Assembly (NCBI GenBank): GCA_965227515.1
Contig: CBDDFZ010000001.1
Location: 640,001-704,000, forward strand
DNA length: 64,000 nt
Reading direction: 5' to 3'
DNA from: Alphaproteobacteria bacterium
Lineage (GTDB): Bacteria > Pseudomonadota > Alphaproteobacteria > CALKHQ01
How positions within the stretch are numbered: position 1 is the first letter of the stretch; each line of letters begins with the position of its first letter. The notes below the pieces were generated by a model, which did no database searches, had not been told where the DNA came from, and saw only the letters and a program-made list of their open reading frames with translations. A program made the position numbers and the translations under genes. Shown here piece by piece: positions 1 through 13,195 of the stretch.

Positions 1-510
1 TTCGATCTGGACGGCCGGCAGCGACGGGTCGATGTCCGACCAGAAAGTGTGCGGGTTGTCGACGATCTCGCCGTCCACCGGCACCCTGGCCGCCAGCGCT
101 TGCCATATCTGCGGGATGGTCAGCTCGTAGGTCTCGGACTCGTTGGAGTTGGCGAGCACGATGCCGTCATAGCCGATCTGTACTTCGGTGATCTCGGTCA
201 CGCCATTGGCGGCGCAGGTCTCGACCTCGGAGTCCTTGATGGCGCGCGACGCGTTGGTGATGTCGGGGTGCTCGACGCCGACACCGGCACAGAACAGCTG
301 CAGGCCGCCGCCCGAGCCCGTGGACTCGATCACCGGCGGGTTGAACTCGGTGGTGTTGGAGAATTCTTCCACCACGGCGGTGGCAAACGGAAACACCGTC
401 GACGATCCGACGATGCTGATGTAGTCGCGCGACTGGGCCATCGCGCCGGTCGTGCCGGCCGCTGTGGCGCACGTCGCCAGTGCCGCGATCGAAATGAGTC
501 CGTATCGCAT
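1..510 (-). CDS. pstS: Phosphate ABC transporter substrate-binding protein (3' end runs off window)
   Basis: Manual translation MRYGLISIAAL...SRDYISIVGSSTVFPF...IESTGSGGGLQLFCAGVG..HPDITNASRAIK is typical of alphaproteobacterial PstS; lies downstream of phoR. Confidence 0.9.
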   Translation of the reverse strand, partial: MRYGLISIAALATCATAAGTTGAMAQSRDYISIVGSSTVFPFATAVVEEFSNTTEFNPPVIESTGSGGGLQLFCAGVGVEHPDITNASRAIKDSEVETCAANGVTEITEVQIGYDGIVLANSNESETYELTIPQIWQALAARVPVDGEIVDNPHTFWSDIDPSLPAVQIE

Positions 511-724
511 ATCGAAGCTCTCTCCCTCTTCCCTGGAACCGCCCCCCGCAAGGTCTCCGGCGAGATGGCGCTGGACTGGTAATCCGGTTCGGCCCGTTTC
601 GCTTGCCCGCGCCAATGTGCCGTTCGAAGTGTGCAGTGCAACATGCGGCGGCAGGGCAGGTGTCTCAGGGCTCGAGTCGGCAACAGCCGACGAGAGGGGC
701 TTTAGGAGCTTTGAGTTAATCCAC

Positions 725-754
725 TAAGTCAGTTTGAAGAATCTTTTGTGACAC
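725..754 (-). promoter_or_regulatory. Putative Pho box upstream of pstS
   Basis: Minus strand TGTCACAAAAG/ATTCTTCAAAC/TGAC shows 11-bp periodicity resembling CTGTCAT-N4 PhoB repeats; lies between phoR and pstS. Confidence 0.45.
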
Positions 755-922
755 CTCTCGCAGGTGCAAAAAGCGCAATACATCCGTCACAATGCCATTC
801 CGCGAGGCGCTGCGGGACGTTGACATGGGTGCCAGCGCGCAATCGCCGGACTTGCACACAGGTTTTCCCCAGGCGGCCGGGCCAGCGCGGGCGGCGCGGA
901 CTCCATGGCAAGCGGATTCCGG

Positions 923-2362
923 TCAGTCGTGGGCGGCCTCGTCCTCGTCGCCCCCGGCGGCCGGCCAGTGGACGGTGAAGGTGCTGCCAACACCCAGCTC
1001 GCTGTCGATATCCAGCACCGCGCGGTGGCGGCTGACGATGTGCTTCACGATGGCAAGGCCCAGGCCGGTGCCGCCCTGGGCCCGCGACCGCGCCCGGTCG
1101 ACACGGTAGAACCGTTCGGTGATGCGCGGCAGGTGCTCGCGGGCGATGCCCTCGCCCCGGTCGCGCACGGCCATGCTGATGCTGCCGACGCCGGCCTCGG
1201 CGCCGGCGCGGCGGGGCTGGGCGGCCCGCGAGATCGTCACCTCGATGCGGCTGCCGTCCTTGCTGTGCCGGATGGCGTTCTCCACCAGGTTCTCCAGCAC
1301 CTCCTGCACCTGGTCGGCGTCGCCGTTGATCATCGCCGGGCTGTCCAGGCCCTTGGCCACCAGGCGGATGTCGCGGCTGCTGGCGCGCTGTTGCTGGGAT
1401 TCCATGACGCTGGTGACGATGTCGGCCAGGTCCACCTGGTCCTCGGGCGGCAAGTGTTCGTCCAGCTCGATCCGCGACAGCGACAGCAGGTCGTCGATCA
1501 GGCGCGCCATGCGCTGGCCTTCGGTGTCCATCAGGCCCAGGAAGCGGGCTTGCGCCTCCGGGTCGTCCTTCGCCGTGGTGCGCAATGTCTCGATGATGCC
1601 GATGACGGTGCTCAGCGGCGTGCGCAGCTCGTGGGACACGTCGGCCACGAACTCGCCGCGCAACTGCTCGGTGCGGCGCATGGCGGTCAAGTCGTGCAAC
1701 AGCACCAGCACCGCCGGCGGCTGTGCCGCGGGGCCGTCGCCGTCGCGCTGTTCGAGCGGGCCGTCCATGTGAGGCAGGTGCTCGACCACCGCCTTGAAGG
1801 TGCGCGAGACCGGCACCGGCAGCTCGAACTCGACCTCGCGCCGCGCGGCGCCGGTGAAAATGTCGTTGATCGCGTCCAGCAGCAGCGGGGTGCGCACGAT
1901 ATCGCTGATATCGCGGCCGATCAGCCGGTCGCCGAAGATATCGCGCGCGGCCACATTGGCGCCGGCAACCTCGCCCTCGTTGTCCAGCAACAGCAGGGCG
2001 ACCGGCAGGTTCTCGACGATCTGTGCATTGGTCCGCGCCTGCTGCGCCGCACGGCGCCGGGCGGATTCGCTGGTGCGCACGAGCTGGCGCACGGCGGCGA
2101 CCAGCCGGCCATAGCCGGTGACCGAGACAATGCCCGCCGGGCCGCCGCTGGCGCGCTCCGCGAACTCGGCGAGCGCCCGCAGCCGCCGGCGCTGCAGCCA
2201 GCCGACACCGACCGCGGCCAAGGCGGTGGCGGCGACACCTAAAACGAATGCCAGCCACGACACCTCGCCGTACAGCGTCAGCACGAACAGCACCACCGCC
2301 ACCGCGGCGACGATCATGCCGAGACCACTCAGGCCCCCAAGGGTCGAATGCACCGGTCGCAT
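923..2362 (-). CDS. phoR: Phosphate regulon sensor histidine kinase
   Basis: 2 TM helices, PAS region, H-box FVADVSHELRTPL, ERFYRVDRARSR..GGTGLGLAIVKHI; adjacent to pstS. Confidence 0.92.
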   Translation of the reverse strand: MRPVHSTLGGLSGLGMIVAAVAVVLFVLTLYGEVSWLAFVLGVAATALAAVGVGWLQRRRLRALAEFAERASGGPAGIVSVTGYGRLVAAVRQLVRTSESARRRAAQQARTNAQIVENLPVALLLLDNEGEVAGANVAARDIFGDRLIGRDISDIVRTPLLLDAINDIFTGAARREVEFELPVPVSRTFKAVVEHLPHMDGPLEQRDGDGPAAQPPAVLVLLHDLTAMRRTEQLRGEFVADVSHELRTPLSTVIGIIETLRTTAKDDPEAQARFLGLMDTEGQRMARLIDDLLSLSRIELDEHLPPEDQVDLADIVTSVMESQQQRASSRDIRLVAKGLDSPAMINGDADQVQEVLENLVENAIRHSKDGSRIEVTISRAAQPRRAGAEAGVGSISMAVRDRGEGIAREHLPRITERFYRVDRARSRAQGGTGLGLAIVKHIVSRHRAVLDIDSELGVGSTFTVHWPAAGGDEDEAAHD

Positions 2363-2559
2363 TGCGGCCTAGCTGGTTGCTTCCGTTTCGCCGCGACGCG
2401 CTACGCGGTCCGTGTGTACGCGCGGGTATGGCAAATGCCGCGCGGTGGCGCCGTGCCAGGGCGTACAGTCAACTTATACCAATTGTAATCCAAGGCCAGT
2501 TCTGGATCGGCGTTCGTTGAACCTGCGCCAACCCCCACCTGACCTGGCCGCACAGCCTG

Positions 2560-4848
<2,289 letters not shown>

Positions 4849-5115
4849 GGAGGTTCCTCTGATGGATTCGCGAGCAACGGGAGGGCGAATGCGCGGTGCG
4901 CGCGTCACATGAATTGTTACGTGGCCAGCGGGCGCGAGACAACCGCCGTTTCCGGCCATTTGTGCGGTCCGCGTCGAAGCCGCCGCTTGTCCTTACAAAC
5001 TTATAACAGCGGCTCCATTCGAAATTTATCGCCCCTCCCCCAAATCTCCCACAACGCGGCACAGCGGCAGCCGCCCCTGAGAGACACAAAGTCAAAGACA
5101 CGAAGGATGAACGCC

Positions 5116-5373
5116 ATGAAGAAGTTGATGATCCTCGGCACGACCGTCGCTTTGGGCTTGAGCGCGGCTGCCTGCGGTACCACCCCGACCGACCGTGCGA
5201 TTTCGGGCGCGGCCATTGGCGCCGGCGCCGGTGCGCTGGGTGCGCACATGATGGATGGCAATGTCGGCAACGCGGCCATTTGGGGTGCCGGACTCGGCGC
5301 CGGCGCGGGCCTGCTGACCAACCCCAACCAGGTCTACTTCGGCGAGCCGGCCTGGAACGGCTACGGCTACTAG
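5116..5373 (+). CDS. Small glycine-zipper lipoprotein
   Basis: MKKLMILG...LSAAAC lipobox followed by GAAIGAGAGA / GAGLGAGAG motifs. Confidence 0.8.
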   Translation: MKKLMILGTTVALGLSAAACGTTPTDRAISGAAIGAGAGALGAHMMDGNVGNAAIWGAGLGAGAGLLTNPNQVYFGEPAWNGYGY

Positions 5374-5771
5374 GTTTGAGCGATCCAATCAGCGTGAGCT
5401 GATCCAGAATTCAGTTTTGCGGCAACCGGGCCTCGGCCTGCCCCTCCCCGTCCTCCGACCGTCAGTCGGGGTCCGGTCGGCCACATGAACGTGGCCGAAG
5501 CTGCAAATTGGCGCCGCTCGTGTCAGGCATGGCACGGGCGGCGTCGTGTTTTTCGGTAGGGCGACAAACCCAATGCGACGATGCACGCAGGGTTGGCGTG
5601 GCGGCTGCGTGCATCGTCGAAACAGACTCTTGCGCACGTGAATTTGCCGGCGATCCGCGATAAGGTCCGCGCGACCCGATAGCCCATCCTCCACCGCCGG
5701 ACCGACTGGCCTTGGCCACCCAAACCGCTGCCGCATCCAGCAAGAAAGCTGACCCGTCTCCGGTGTCGTCC

Positions 5772-8549
5772 ATGGCGGGCGCCACACCGATGATGCAGCA
5801 GTATCTGGAGCTGAAGGCGCGCCACCCGGGCTATGTGCTGTTCTACCGGATGGGCGACTTCTTCGAGATGTTCTTCGACGACGCGGAGAAGGTCGCCCCG
5901 GTGCTGGACATCGCGCTGACCAAGCGCGGCAAGCATGCCGGCGCCGACATCCCCATGTGCGGCGTGCCGGTGCACCAGGCCGAGGCCTATCTGCACAAGC
6001 TGACCGAGAACGGCTTCCGGGTCGCGGTGTGCGAGCAGATGGAGCCGCCGGAGGATGCCAAGCGGCGGGGTGCGAAGGCTGTCGTGCGGCGCGACGTGGT
6101 GCGCCTGGTCACCGCCGGCACCCTGACCGAGGACGCCCTCTTGGACGGGCGGGCAAACAACAACCTGGCCGCCCTGGCCGAGGCCGCCGGCGACCTGGCG
6201 CTGGCCTGGCTCGATATGTCCACCGGCGAGGTCGGCGTGCAGGCGCTTGTGGCAGGCGAGCTGCCCCTGGCGCTCGACCGAGTGGCGCCGCGCGAGCTGC
6301 TGCTGCCGGAGCGGCTGGCCGAGAAACCGGATCTGTTCGACGCGCTCGGCGCGGTGAAGGCGGTGCTGGTGCCGCTGCCCAACCCGCGGTTCGACAGCCG
6401 CAACGGCGCCGACCGCATCGCCGAGGCCTATGGGGTGAAGGTGCTGGACGGTATTGGCCGTTTCAGCCGGGCGGAGACGGCGGCATTGGGGGCCGCCATC
6501 GACTATGTGGCGCTCACCCAATGCGGCGCGATGCCGGCGCTGCGGCCGCCGGTGCGGCTTGCCGCGGCCGAGGTGATGCAGATCGACCCGGCGACCCGCG
6601 CCAATCTGGAGCTGGTGCGTACGCTGGGCGGCGAGCGCAAGGGCAGCGTGCTGCAGGCCATCGACCGTACGCGTACGTCGGCGGGCGCGCGGCTGCTGGC
6701 CGGGCGGCTGGCGGCACCCTCCGCCGTGGCCGACGAGATCAACCGCCGGCTGGACGGGGTGGCGTTCTTCGTCGATGCCCGTGACCATGCCGGCGCCGTC
6801 GACGCGGTGCTGCGCGAGGTGCCGGACCTGCAGCGTGCCATGTCCAGGCTGGGCGTCGACCGGGGCGGGCCGCGCGATCTGGCGATGGTGCGCGACGCGC
6901 TGTCCGGCGCGGCGGAAATCCGCAGCCGGCTGACCGCGGCACAGGGCCTGGGCCTGCCGCCGGCATTGGCCGAGGCGGTGGCACGGCTGACCGACCAGGC
7001 CGCGCTGATCGACAAGCTGAGCCGGGCGCTCCGCCCCGACCTGCCGACATCGCCGCGCGAGGGCGGGTTCATTGCCGCAGGCTACGCGCCGGAGCTTGAC
7101 GAGCTGCGCTCGCTGCGCGAGGACCGCCGTCGCCACATACTGGACCTGGAGGCGCGCTACCGCGACGAGGCCGGCGTCAAGGCGCTGAAGGTGCGCAACA
7201 ACAACGTCCTCGGCTATTTCGTCGAGGTGCCCCAGGCCCATGGCGAGAAGCTGGCCGGCCACGAGGCCGAGGACGGCACCAAGCCGTTCGTGCATCGCCA
7301 GTCGATGGCCAACGCGATCCGTTTCACCACCACCGAGCTTGCCGATCTGGACCGGCGGCTGGCGGAAGCCGGCGACCGGGCGGTGGCGCTGGAGCTGGCG
7401 TTGTTCCAGGAGCTGGCCGGCGACGTGAAGGCGCGCGCCGCGGAGCTGGCCGACACCGCGGTCGGCCTGGCCGAGATCGACGTCGCCGCGGGCCTGGCGA
7501 CACTGGCGACGTCCGAGGGCTATGTCCGGCCCCAGGTGGACGACGGCCGGGCCTTCCGCATCGCCGGCGGCCGTCATCCGGTCGTCGAGCAGGCGCTGCG
7601 CCGCGAGGACGACACCCGCTTCGTCGCCAACGCCTGCGACCTGTCGGATGCCGGCGAAGCCGCCGGGGACGATGTGAAGGAAGGCGAGGACGCGAGTGCC
7701 AGCCGCCTGTGGCTGGTGACCGGGCCCAACATGGCCGGCAAGTCAACCTTCCTGCGCCAGAACGCGCTGATCGCGATCATGGCCCAGGCCGGCAGCTTCG
7801 TGCCGGCGGACGCCGCCCGCATCGGCGTGGTCGACCGGCTGTTCAGCCGGGTCGGCGCCGCCGACGACCTGGCGCGCGGGCGCTCGACCTTCATGGTCGA
7901 AATGGTGGAGACGGCGGCGATCCTGAACCGGGCGACCGCCCGCAGCCTGGTGATTCTGGACGAGATTGGCCGCGGCACCGCCACCTTCGATGGCATGTCG
8001 ATCGCCTGGGCCTGCCTGGAAGACCTGCACGAGCGGGTCGGCTGCCGGGGCCTGTTCGCCACCCACTATCATGAGCTGACCCAGCTCGCCGCGCGACTGG
8101 AGGGCCTGACCTGCCACACGGTCAGGGTGCGGGAATGGAAGGGCGAGGTGGTGTTCCTCTACGACGTGGCGCCGGGCGCGGCCGACCGCTCCTACGGCGT
8201 TCATGTCGCACGGCTGGCCGGGTTGCCGGCGCCGGTGGTGGCGCGGGCGGAAACCATCCTCGGCTTGCTGGAGGCGCGCGCCCAGGCCAACCCGCAGACC
8301 GCGCTGGGCGACGACCTGCCGCTGTTTCGCGCTGCCCTGGACCAGGTGCCGCCGCCATCGAAGACAGCGCCCGATCCCGCCGCCGATGCCGCTGTCGACC
8401 TGCGGGCCGCCGCGCTTCTCGCCCGCCTGCACGCGGTCAATCCGGACGAATTGACCCCCCGCGCCGCGCTCGACCTGTTATACGAACTGGCAACGGCGGC
8501 GCGCGGCGACGGCGAATCGGCGGACGCCGAGCAAGACATTAACCACTAG
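5772..8549 (+). CDS. mutS: DNA mismatch repair protein MutS
   Basis: TPMMQQY, FYRMGDFFEMF, TGPNMAGKST, STFMVEM, DEIGRGT, FATHYHEL; start may be TTG at 5712. Confidence 0.97.
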   Translation: MAGATPMMQQYLELKARHPGYVLFYRMGDFFEMFFDDAEKVAPVLDIALTKRGKHAGADIPMCGVPVHQAEAYLHKLTENGFRVAVCEQMEPPEDAKRRGAKAVVRRDVVRLVTAGTLTEDALLDGRANNNLAALAEAAGDLALAWLDMSTGEVGVQALVAGELPLALDRVAPRELLLPERLAEKPDLFDALGAVKAVLVPLPNPRFDSRNGADRIAEAYGVKVLDGIGRFSRAETAALGAAIDYVALTQCGAMPALRPPVRLAAAEVMQIDPATRANLELVRTLGGERKGSVLQAIDRTRTSAGARLLAGRLAAPSAVADEINRRLDGVAFFVDARDHAGAVDAVLREVPDLQRAMSRLGVDRGGPRDLAMVRDALSGAAEIRSRLTAAQGLGLPPALAEAVARLTDQAALIDKLSRALRPDLPTSPREGGFIAAGYAPELDELRSLREDRRRHILDLEARYRDEAGVKALKVRNNNVLGYFVEVPQAHGEKLAGHEAEDGTKPFVHRQSMANAIRFTTTELADLDRRLAEAGDRAVALELALFQELAGDVKARAAELADTAVGLAEIDVAAGLATLATSEGYVRPQVDDGRAFRIAGGRHPVVEQALRREDDTRFVANACDLSDAGEAAGDDVKEGEDASASRLWLVTGPNMAGKSTFLRQNALIAIMAQAGSFVPADAARIGVVDRLFSRVGAADDLARGRSTFMVEMVETAAILNRATARSLVILDEIGRGTATFDGMSIAWACLEDLHERVGCRGLFATHYHELTQLAARLEGLTCHTVRVREWKGEVVFLYDVAPGAADRSYGVHVARLAGLPAPVVARAETILGLLEARAQANPQTALGDDLPLFRAALDQVPPPSKTAPDPAADAAVDLRAAALLARLHAVNPDELTPRAALDLLYELATAARGDGESADAEQDINH

Positions 8550-8554
8550 CGCGC

Positions 8555-8682
8555 TAGTGCATGATCAAATAAGTCGGCACCGGCCCTCTCCCCCACCCGG
8601 CCACCCAGCAGCATACTATCGTTGGGCGGCCGGGTGGGGGAGAGGGCTGGCGCAGACTTCAGCGAAAGCTGATTCTGCTCTA
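8555..8682. repeat. Palindromic intergenic repeat, family B, copy 1
   Basis: Long hairpin CTCCCCCACCCGGCC...GGCCGGGTGGGGGAG with TAGTGCATGATC/GATTCTGCTCTA ends; second copy at 45240-45375. Confidence 0.85.
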
Positions 8683-8719
8683 TGTCCGTGGCGTGTGCCA
8701 TTACTCGTGAGACGGTTTG

Positions 8720-11551
8720 ATGCCGGCGTACAACGTTACGTCTCCCAGGGCGATTATCGACCGCAAGGCGCTGACTCTCGCCATCACCACCTTTGCGGCG
8801 GAGAACAGTGCGCCAGAGGCGCGCAAGTTCGTGGCCGCGCGGCTGGACGAGGCGCTGTCGGTCGGCGACGAGGCGGTGCGCCGGCGGTTCGAGAACGGCG
8901 CGTCCGGGGCGGCGACCGTGCGCGCCCGTGCCTATCTGATCGACCAGATCATTCGCGTCATCTTCGACTATTGCGACCGGGTCCTTTATCCGACCAGCGG
9001 CCCGACCAAGGGCGAACGGCTGGCGGTGGTGGCGGTCGGCGGCTTCGGGCGCGGCGAACTGGCGCCGTTCTCCGATATCGACATCATGCTGCTGCGCCAC
9101 TACAAGCCGACGCCACGCGGCGAGCAGATCGTCGAGGCCATGCTCTACATCCTGTGGGACTTGGGGCTGAAGGTCGGCCATTCGTCGCGGTCCGTCGACG
9201 AATGCATCAGGCTGTCGCGCCGCGACGTCACCATCCGCACCGCGATTCTGGAGGCGCGCTGGATCTGGGGCGACCGTGAGCTCTACGACGAGCTGAACCG
9301 CCGCTTCACCTCGGAGGTCATCCGCGGTACCGCGCGCGAGTTCGTGGAGCTGAAGCTGGCCGAGCGCGAGGAGCGCCACCAGCGCATGGGCGACAGCCGC
9401 TATCTGCTGGAACCCAATTTGAAGGACGGCAAGGGCGGCCTGCGCGATCTGCACACGCTGGCCTGGATCGGTAAGTACGTCTACGAGGTCGACAGCGTCG
9501 ATGCGCTGGCCAGCCGTGGCGTACTGACCCGCGCCGAGGTGCGGGTGTTCGAGAAGGCGCAAGAGTTCTTCTGGATGGTGCGCTGCCACCTGCACTATCT
9601 GGTCGGCCGCGCCGACGAGCGCCTGACCTATGACGTGCAGCCGGAGATCGCGGCGCGCATGGGCTATACCGACCACGCCGGGTCGAGCGGGGTCGAGCGC
9701 TTCATGAAGCGCTATTTCCTGATCGCCAAGGACGTGGGCGACCTGACCCGCATTTTCTGCGCCAACCTGGAAGCCGAGCAGCAGAAGCCGAAGCTGAGGT
9801 TGCCGCGGCTGTGGGGGCGCACGGCCGACATCGCGCCGTTCGAGCTGGACAACGGGCGGCTCAGCGTGCCCGACGACAGCGTGTTCACCGACGACCCGGT
9901 CAACATGCTGCGCCTGTTCCATGTCGCGCTGTTTGAGGATCTGGATATTCACCCGAAGGCGCTGCAGATGGCGCGGCGCGGGCTGAAGCGCATCAATGCG
10001 GCGGTGCGCAAGGACGAGCAGGCCAACAAGCTGTTCCTGGAAATCCTGTGCGCCGACAAGCAGACCGGGCCGATCCTGCGGCTGATGAACGAGGCCGGCG
10101 TGTTCGGCCGCTTCGTGCCGGAGTTCGGCCGTATCGTCGCCCAGATGCAGTACAATATGTACCACGTGTACACGGTGGACGAGCACACGATCCACGCGCT
10201 GTCGATCCTGAACGACATCGACGCCGGCCACCTGACCGACGAGCTGCCGCTGGCCAGCGAAGTGGTGCACCAGGTGGTGTCGCGCCGTGTGCTGACCGTG
10301 GGCGTGATGATGCACGATATCGCCAAGGGGCGGCCGGGCGACCACAGCGAGGTCGGCGCCAAGCTGGCCCAGCGGCTGTGTCCGCGCCTGGGCCTGAGCG
10401 AGGAAGAGACCGAGACCGTTGCCTGGCTGGTGCTGCACCACCTGAGAATGAGCGACACCGCGTTCAAGCGCGATATCGGCGACCCGAAGACCATCGAGGA
10501 CTTTGTGGCCCTGGTCCGCTCGCCGGAGCGGCTGCGCCTGCTGCTGGTGCTGACGGTGGTCGATATCCGTGCCGTCGGCCCATCGGTGTGGAACGGCTGG
10601 AAGGCATCGTTGCTGCGCGAGCTTTATCACGTCACCGAGGAGGCGCTGACCAGCGGCCTCAACGTCGACACCGCATCGCGCCGGGTGGAGGGCAAGATCG
10701 AAGCATTGCGCGCGGCGCTGCCGGACTGGGACGCCGATGCGCTGGACACACACATCGCGCGCGGCACCACGCCTTACTGGCTGACCTACGATGTCGACAC
10801 CCTGGCCGCGCACGCGCGCATGGTGCGCCAGGCGGAAGCCGACGACCTGCCGTTGATGGTGACCAGCCGCATCGACGAGTTCCGCGCCGTGACCGAGGTG
10901 ACGATTTACACCCAGGACCAGCCCGGCCTGTTCTCGCGCATTGCCGGCGCGCTGACGGTGGCCGGCGCCGACGTGGTCGACGCGAAGATCTTCACGCTGT
11001 CCAACGGCTGGGCGCTGGATACGTTCTGGATCCAGGACAATCTGGGCAGCGACGGCGCGCCGGCGGCGTTCGCGCGGCCGGAACGGCTGGCCAAGCTCTC
11101 CAGCATCATCGAGCAGAGCCTGACCGGGCGCATCCGCGCCAACCGCGTGCTCACCGAACGTGCGTTCAAGCCCAAGCGCAACAAAGTGTTCAAGGTGGCG
11201 CCCCGGGTGCTGATCGACAACAAGGCCAGCGCCACCTGCACGGTGGTGGAGGTGAACGGCGCCAACCGGCCCGGCCTGCTGTTCTCGCTGACCAGGGCGC
11301 TCAACCAGAGCAATACGGTCATCAAGTCGGCGAAGATCTCGACCTTCGGCGAATTGGCGGTGGACGTGTTCTACGTGCAGGACCTGTTCGGCACCAAGAT
11401 CTTGCACAGCGGCAAGCAGGACGCGTTGCGTGCCCGCCTCTATGCGGCGCTGGAGGCGCCCGGGACCGGAGACGCCGGCGGCCTGCCGCGCGAGCGCTCG
11501 GCGGCCGAGTTCGCGGTGGCGCCGCCGCCCGCCATCGACGCCGCGGAATAG
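8720..11551 (+). CDS. glnD: PII uridylyltransferase/uridylyl-removing enzyme
   Basis: AVGGFGRGELAPFSDID NTase motif, EPNLKDGKGGLRD, YHVYTVDEH, MHDIAKGR HD domain, two ACT domains. Confidence 0.97.
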   Translation: MPAYNVTSPRAIIDRKALTLAITTFAAENSAPEARKFVAARLDEALSVGDEAVRRRFENGASGAATVRARAYLIDQIIRVIFDYCDRVLYPTSGPTKGERLAVVAVGGFGRGELAPFSDIDIMLLRHYKPTPRGEQIVEAMLYILWDLGLKVGHSSRSVDECIRLSRRDVTIRTAILEARWIWGDRELYDELNRRFTSEVIRGTAREFVELKLAEREERHQRMGDSRYLLEPNLKDGKGGLRDLHTLAWIGKYVYEVDSVDALASRGVLTRAEVRVFEKAQEFFWMVRCHLHYLVGRADERLTYDVQPEIAARMGYTDHAGSSGVERFMKRYFLIAKDVGDLTRIFCANLEAEQQKPKLRLPRLWGRTADIAPFELDNGRLSVPDDSVFTDDPVNMLRLFHVALFEDLDIHPKALQMARRGLKRINAAVRKDEQANKLFLEILCADKQTGPILRLMNEAGVFGRFVPEFGRIVAQMQYNMYHVYTVDEHTIHALSILNDIDAGHLTDELPLASEVVHQVVSRRVLTVGVMMHDIAKGRPGDHSEVGAKLAQRLCPRLGLSEEETETVAWLVLHHLRMSDTAFKRDIGDPKTIEDFVALVRSPERLRLLLVLTVVDIRAVGPSVWNGWKASLLRELYHVTEEALTSGLNVDTASRRVEGKIEALRAALPDWDADALDTHIARGTTPYWLTYDVDTLAAHARMVRQAEADDLPLMVTSRIDEFRAVTEVTIYTQDQPGLFSRIAGALTVAGADVVDAKIFTLSNGWALDTFWIQDNLGSDGAPAAFARPERLAKLSSIIEQSLTGRIRANRVLTERAFKPKRNKVFKVAPRVLIDNKASATCTVVEVNGANRPGLLFSLTRALNQSNTVIKSAKISTFGELAVDVFYVQDLFGTKILHSGKQDALRARLYAALEAPGTGDAGGLPRERSAAEFAVAPPPAIDAAE

Positions 11552-11566
11552 GCGCGACTCCTTCCG

Positions 11567-13138
11567 ATGTCCCTGGTCCGCGCCGTCGCGACCGTTGGCG
11601 GCCTGACGATGGTCAGCCGCGTGCTCGGCTTCGTGCGCGATGTGCTGATCGCGTCGCTGCTCGGCGCCGGCGCGGTGGCGGATGCCTTCTTCGTCGCCTT
11701 CCGCCTGCCCAACCTGTTCCGCCGCCTGTTCGCCGAGGGCGCGTTCAACGCCGCCTTCCTGCCGCTGTTCACCGGCCAGCACCAGGCCTATGGCCCGGCG
11801 GCCGCGCGCGCCTATGCCGGGCAAGTGCTGGCGGTGATGCTGGTGGTGCTGGTGCCGTTCACCGTGCTGCTGCAGATCGCGATGCCCTGGGTGGTGTCCG
11901 CCATCGCGCCCGGCTTCGACGACCGGCCCGAGGCCTATGCGCTGGCCGTCGAGTACGGGCGCATCACCTTCCCCTACCTGATGATGATGGGGCTGGTGGC
12001 GCTGTTGAGCGGTGTGCTGAACGCGATCCACAAGTTCGCCGCCGCCGCCGCCGCGCCGATCCTGCTCAACATCGTGCTGATCGCGGCCCTGGTGGTGTTC
12101 GTGCCGCTGTTCGACGATGCCGGCATGGTGCTGGCCTGGGGGGTGGCGATCGCGGGCATCGGCCAGTTCCTGTGGCTGGCGATCGCCTGCGGCCGGGCCG
12201 ACATGCTGCCGGCGCTGCCGCGCCCGCGCATTACGCCGAGCACGCGGCGGTTCGGCCGGCTGATCCTGCCCGGCGCCATCGGGGCCGGCATCATTCAGAT
12301 CAACCTGTGGATCGGCACCGTGTTCGCGTCCACCATCGACGGCGCGGTCTCCTGGCTCTACTACGCCGACCGGGTGAACCAGTTGCCGCTGGGGGTGATC
12401 GGCATCGCGGTCGGGGTCGCCCTGCTGCCGATGTTGTCGCGCCAATTGCGCGCCGGCGAGGACACGGCGGCGATGGCGAGCCAGAACCGGGCCATCGAGT
12501 TCGCGCTGTTCATGACGCTGCCGGCGACCGCGGCGCTGGTGGTGATTCCAACCTCCCTGGTCGACGTGCTGTTCGAGCGTGGCGCGTTCACCGCAGCGGA
12601 TACCGCCGCCACGGCTGGCGCGCTGGTCGCCTATGCCGCCGGGCTGCCGGCCTATGTGCTGATCAAGGCGCTGCAGCCGGGCTTCTTCGCGCGGGAGGAC
12701 ACGGCCACCCCGGTGAAGATCGCCGCCGCCTCGGTCGCGGTCAACATAGCGTTGACCCCGCTGCTGATGTGGCCGTGGGGCCATGTCGGCATCGCGCTCG
12801 CCACTGCCATCGCCGCCTGGCTGAATGCCGGCCTGTGCGCACTGGTGCTGTGGCGGCGCGGCCTTATCCGCGCCGACGACCGCCTGCGCCGGCGCCTGCC
12901 GCGCATCGTGCTGGCATCGCTTATCATGGCCGGGTTGGTGTGGGGTGGCGCGGAACTCCTGTCCGGCTGGCTTGCCGCCGGCACCGGGCAGGAGATCGTC
13001 GCCATCGCCGTCATCGTGGCGCTGGGGCTGATTGCCTATTTCGTGCTGGCGCGGCTGACCGGCGCGGTCGATGGCGCCGAACTGCGACGGTTTCTGCGGC
13101 GCCGGCCCCGCACGCCGGCCGACGAGACCGATGCTTGA
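11567..13138 (+). CDS. murJ: Lipid II flippase MurJ (MviN)
   Basis: SRVLGFVRD, AFRLPNLFRRLFAEGAF, many TM helices. Confidence 0.96.
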   Translation: MSLVRAVATVGGLTMVSRVLGFVRDVLIASLLGAGAVADAFFVAFRLPNLFRRLFAEGAFNAAFLPLFTGQHQAYGPAAARAYAGQVLAVMLVVLVPFTVLLQIAMPWVVSAIAPGFDDRPEAYALAVEYGRITFPYLMMMGLVALLSGVLNAIHKFAAAAAAPILLNIVLIAALVVFVPLFDDAGMVLAWGVAIAGIGQFLWLAIACGRADMLPALPRPRITPSTRRFGRLILPGAIGAGIIQINLWIGTVFASTIDGAVSWLYYADRVNQLPLGVIGIAVGVALLPMLSRQLRAGEDTAAMASQNRAIEFALFMTLPATAALVVIPTSLVDVLFERGAFTAADTAATAGALVAYAAGLPAYVLIKALQPGFFAREDTATPVKIAAASVAVNIALTPLLMWPWGHVGIALATAIAAWLNAGLCALVLWRRGLIRADDRLRRRLPRIVLASLIMAGLVWGGAELLSGWLAAGTGQEIVAIAVIVALGLIAYFVLARLTGAVDGAELRRFLRRRPRTPADETDA

Positions 13139-13195
13139 CTTGCCGGCGACCTAACGGCCATATCGGGCCGCTTTCCGAATGGAGTTCCTCATCAC

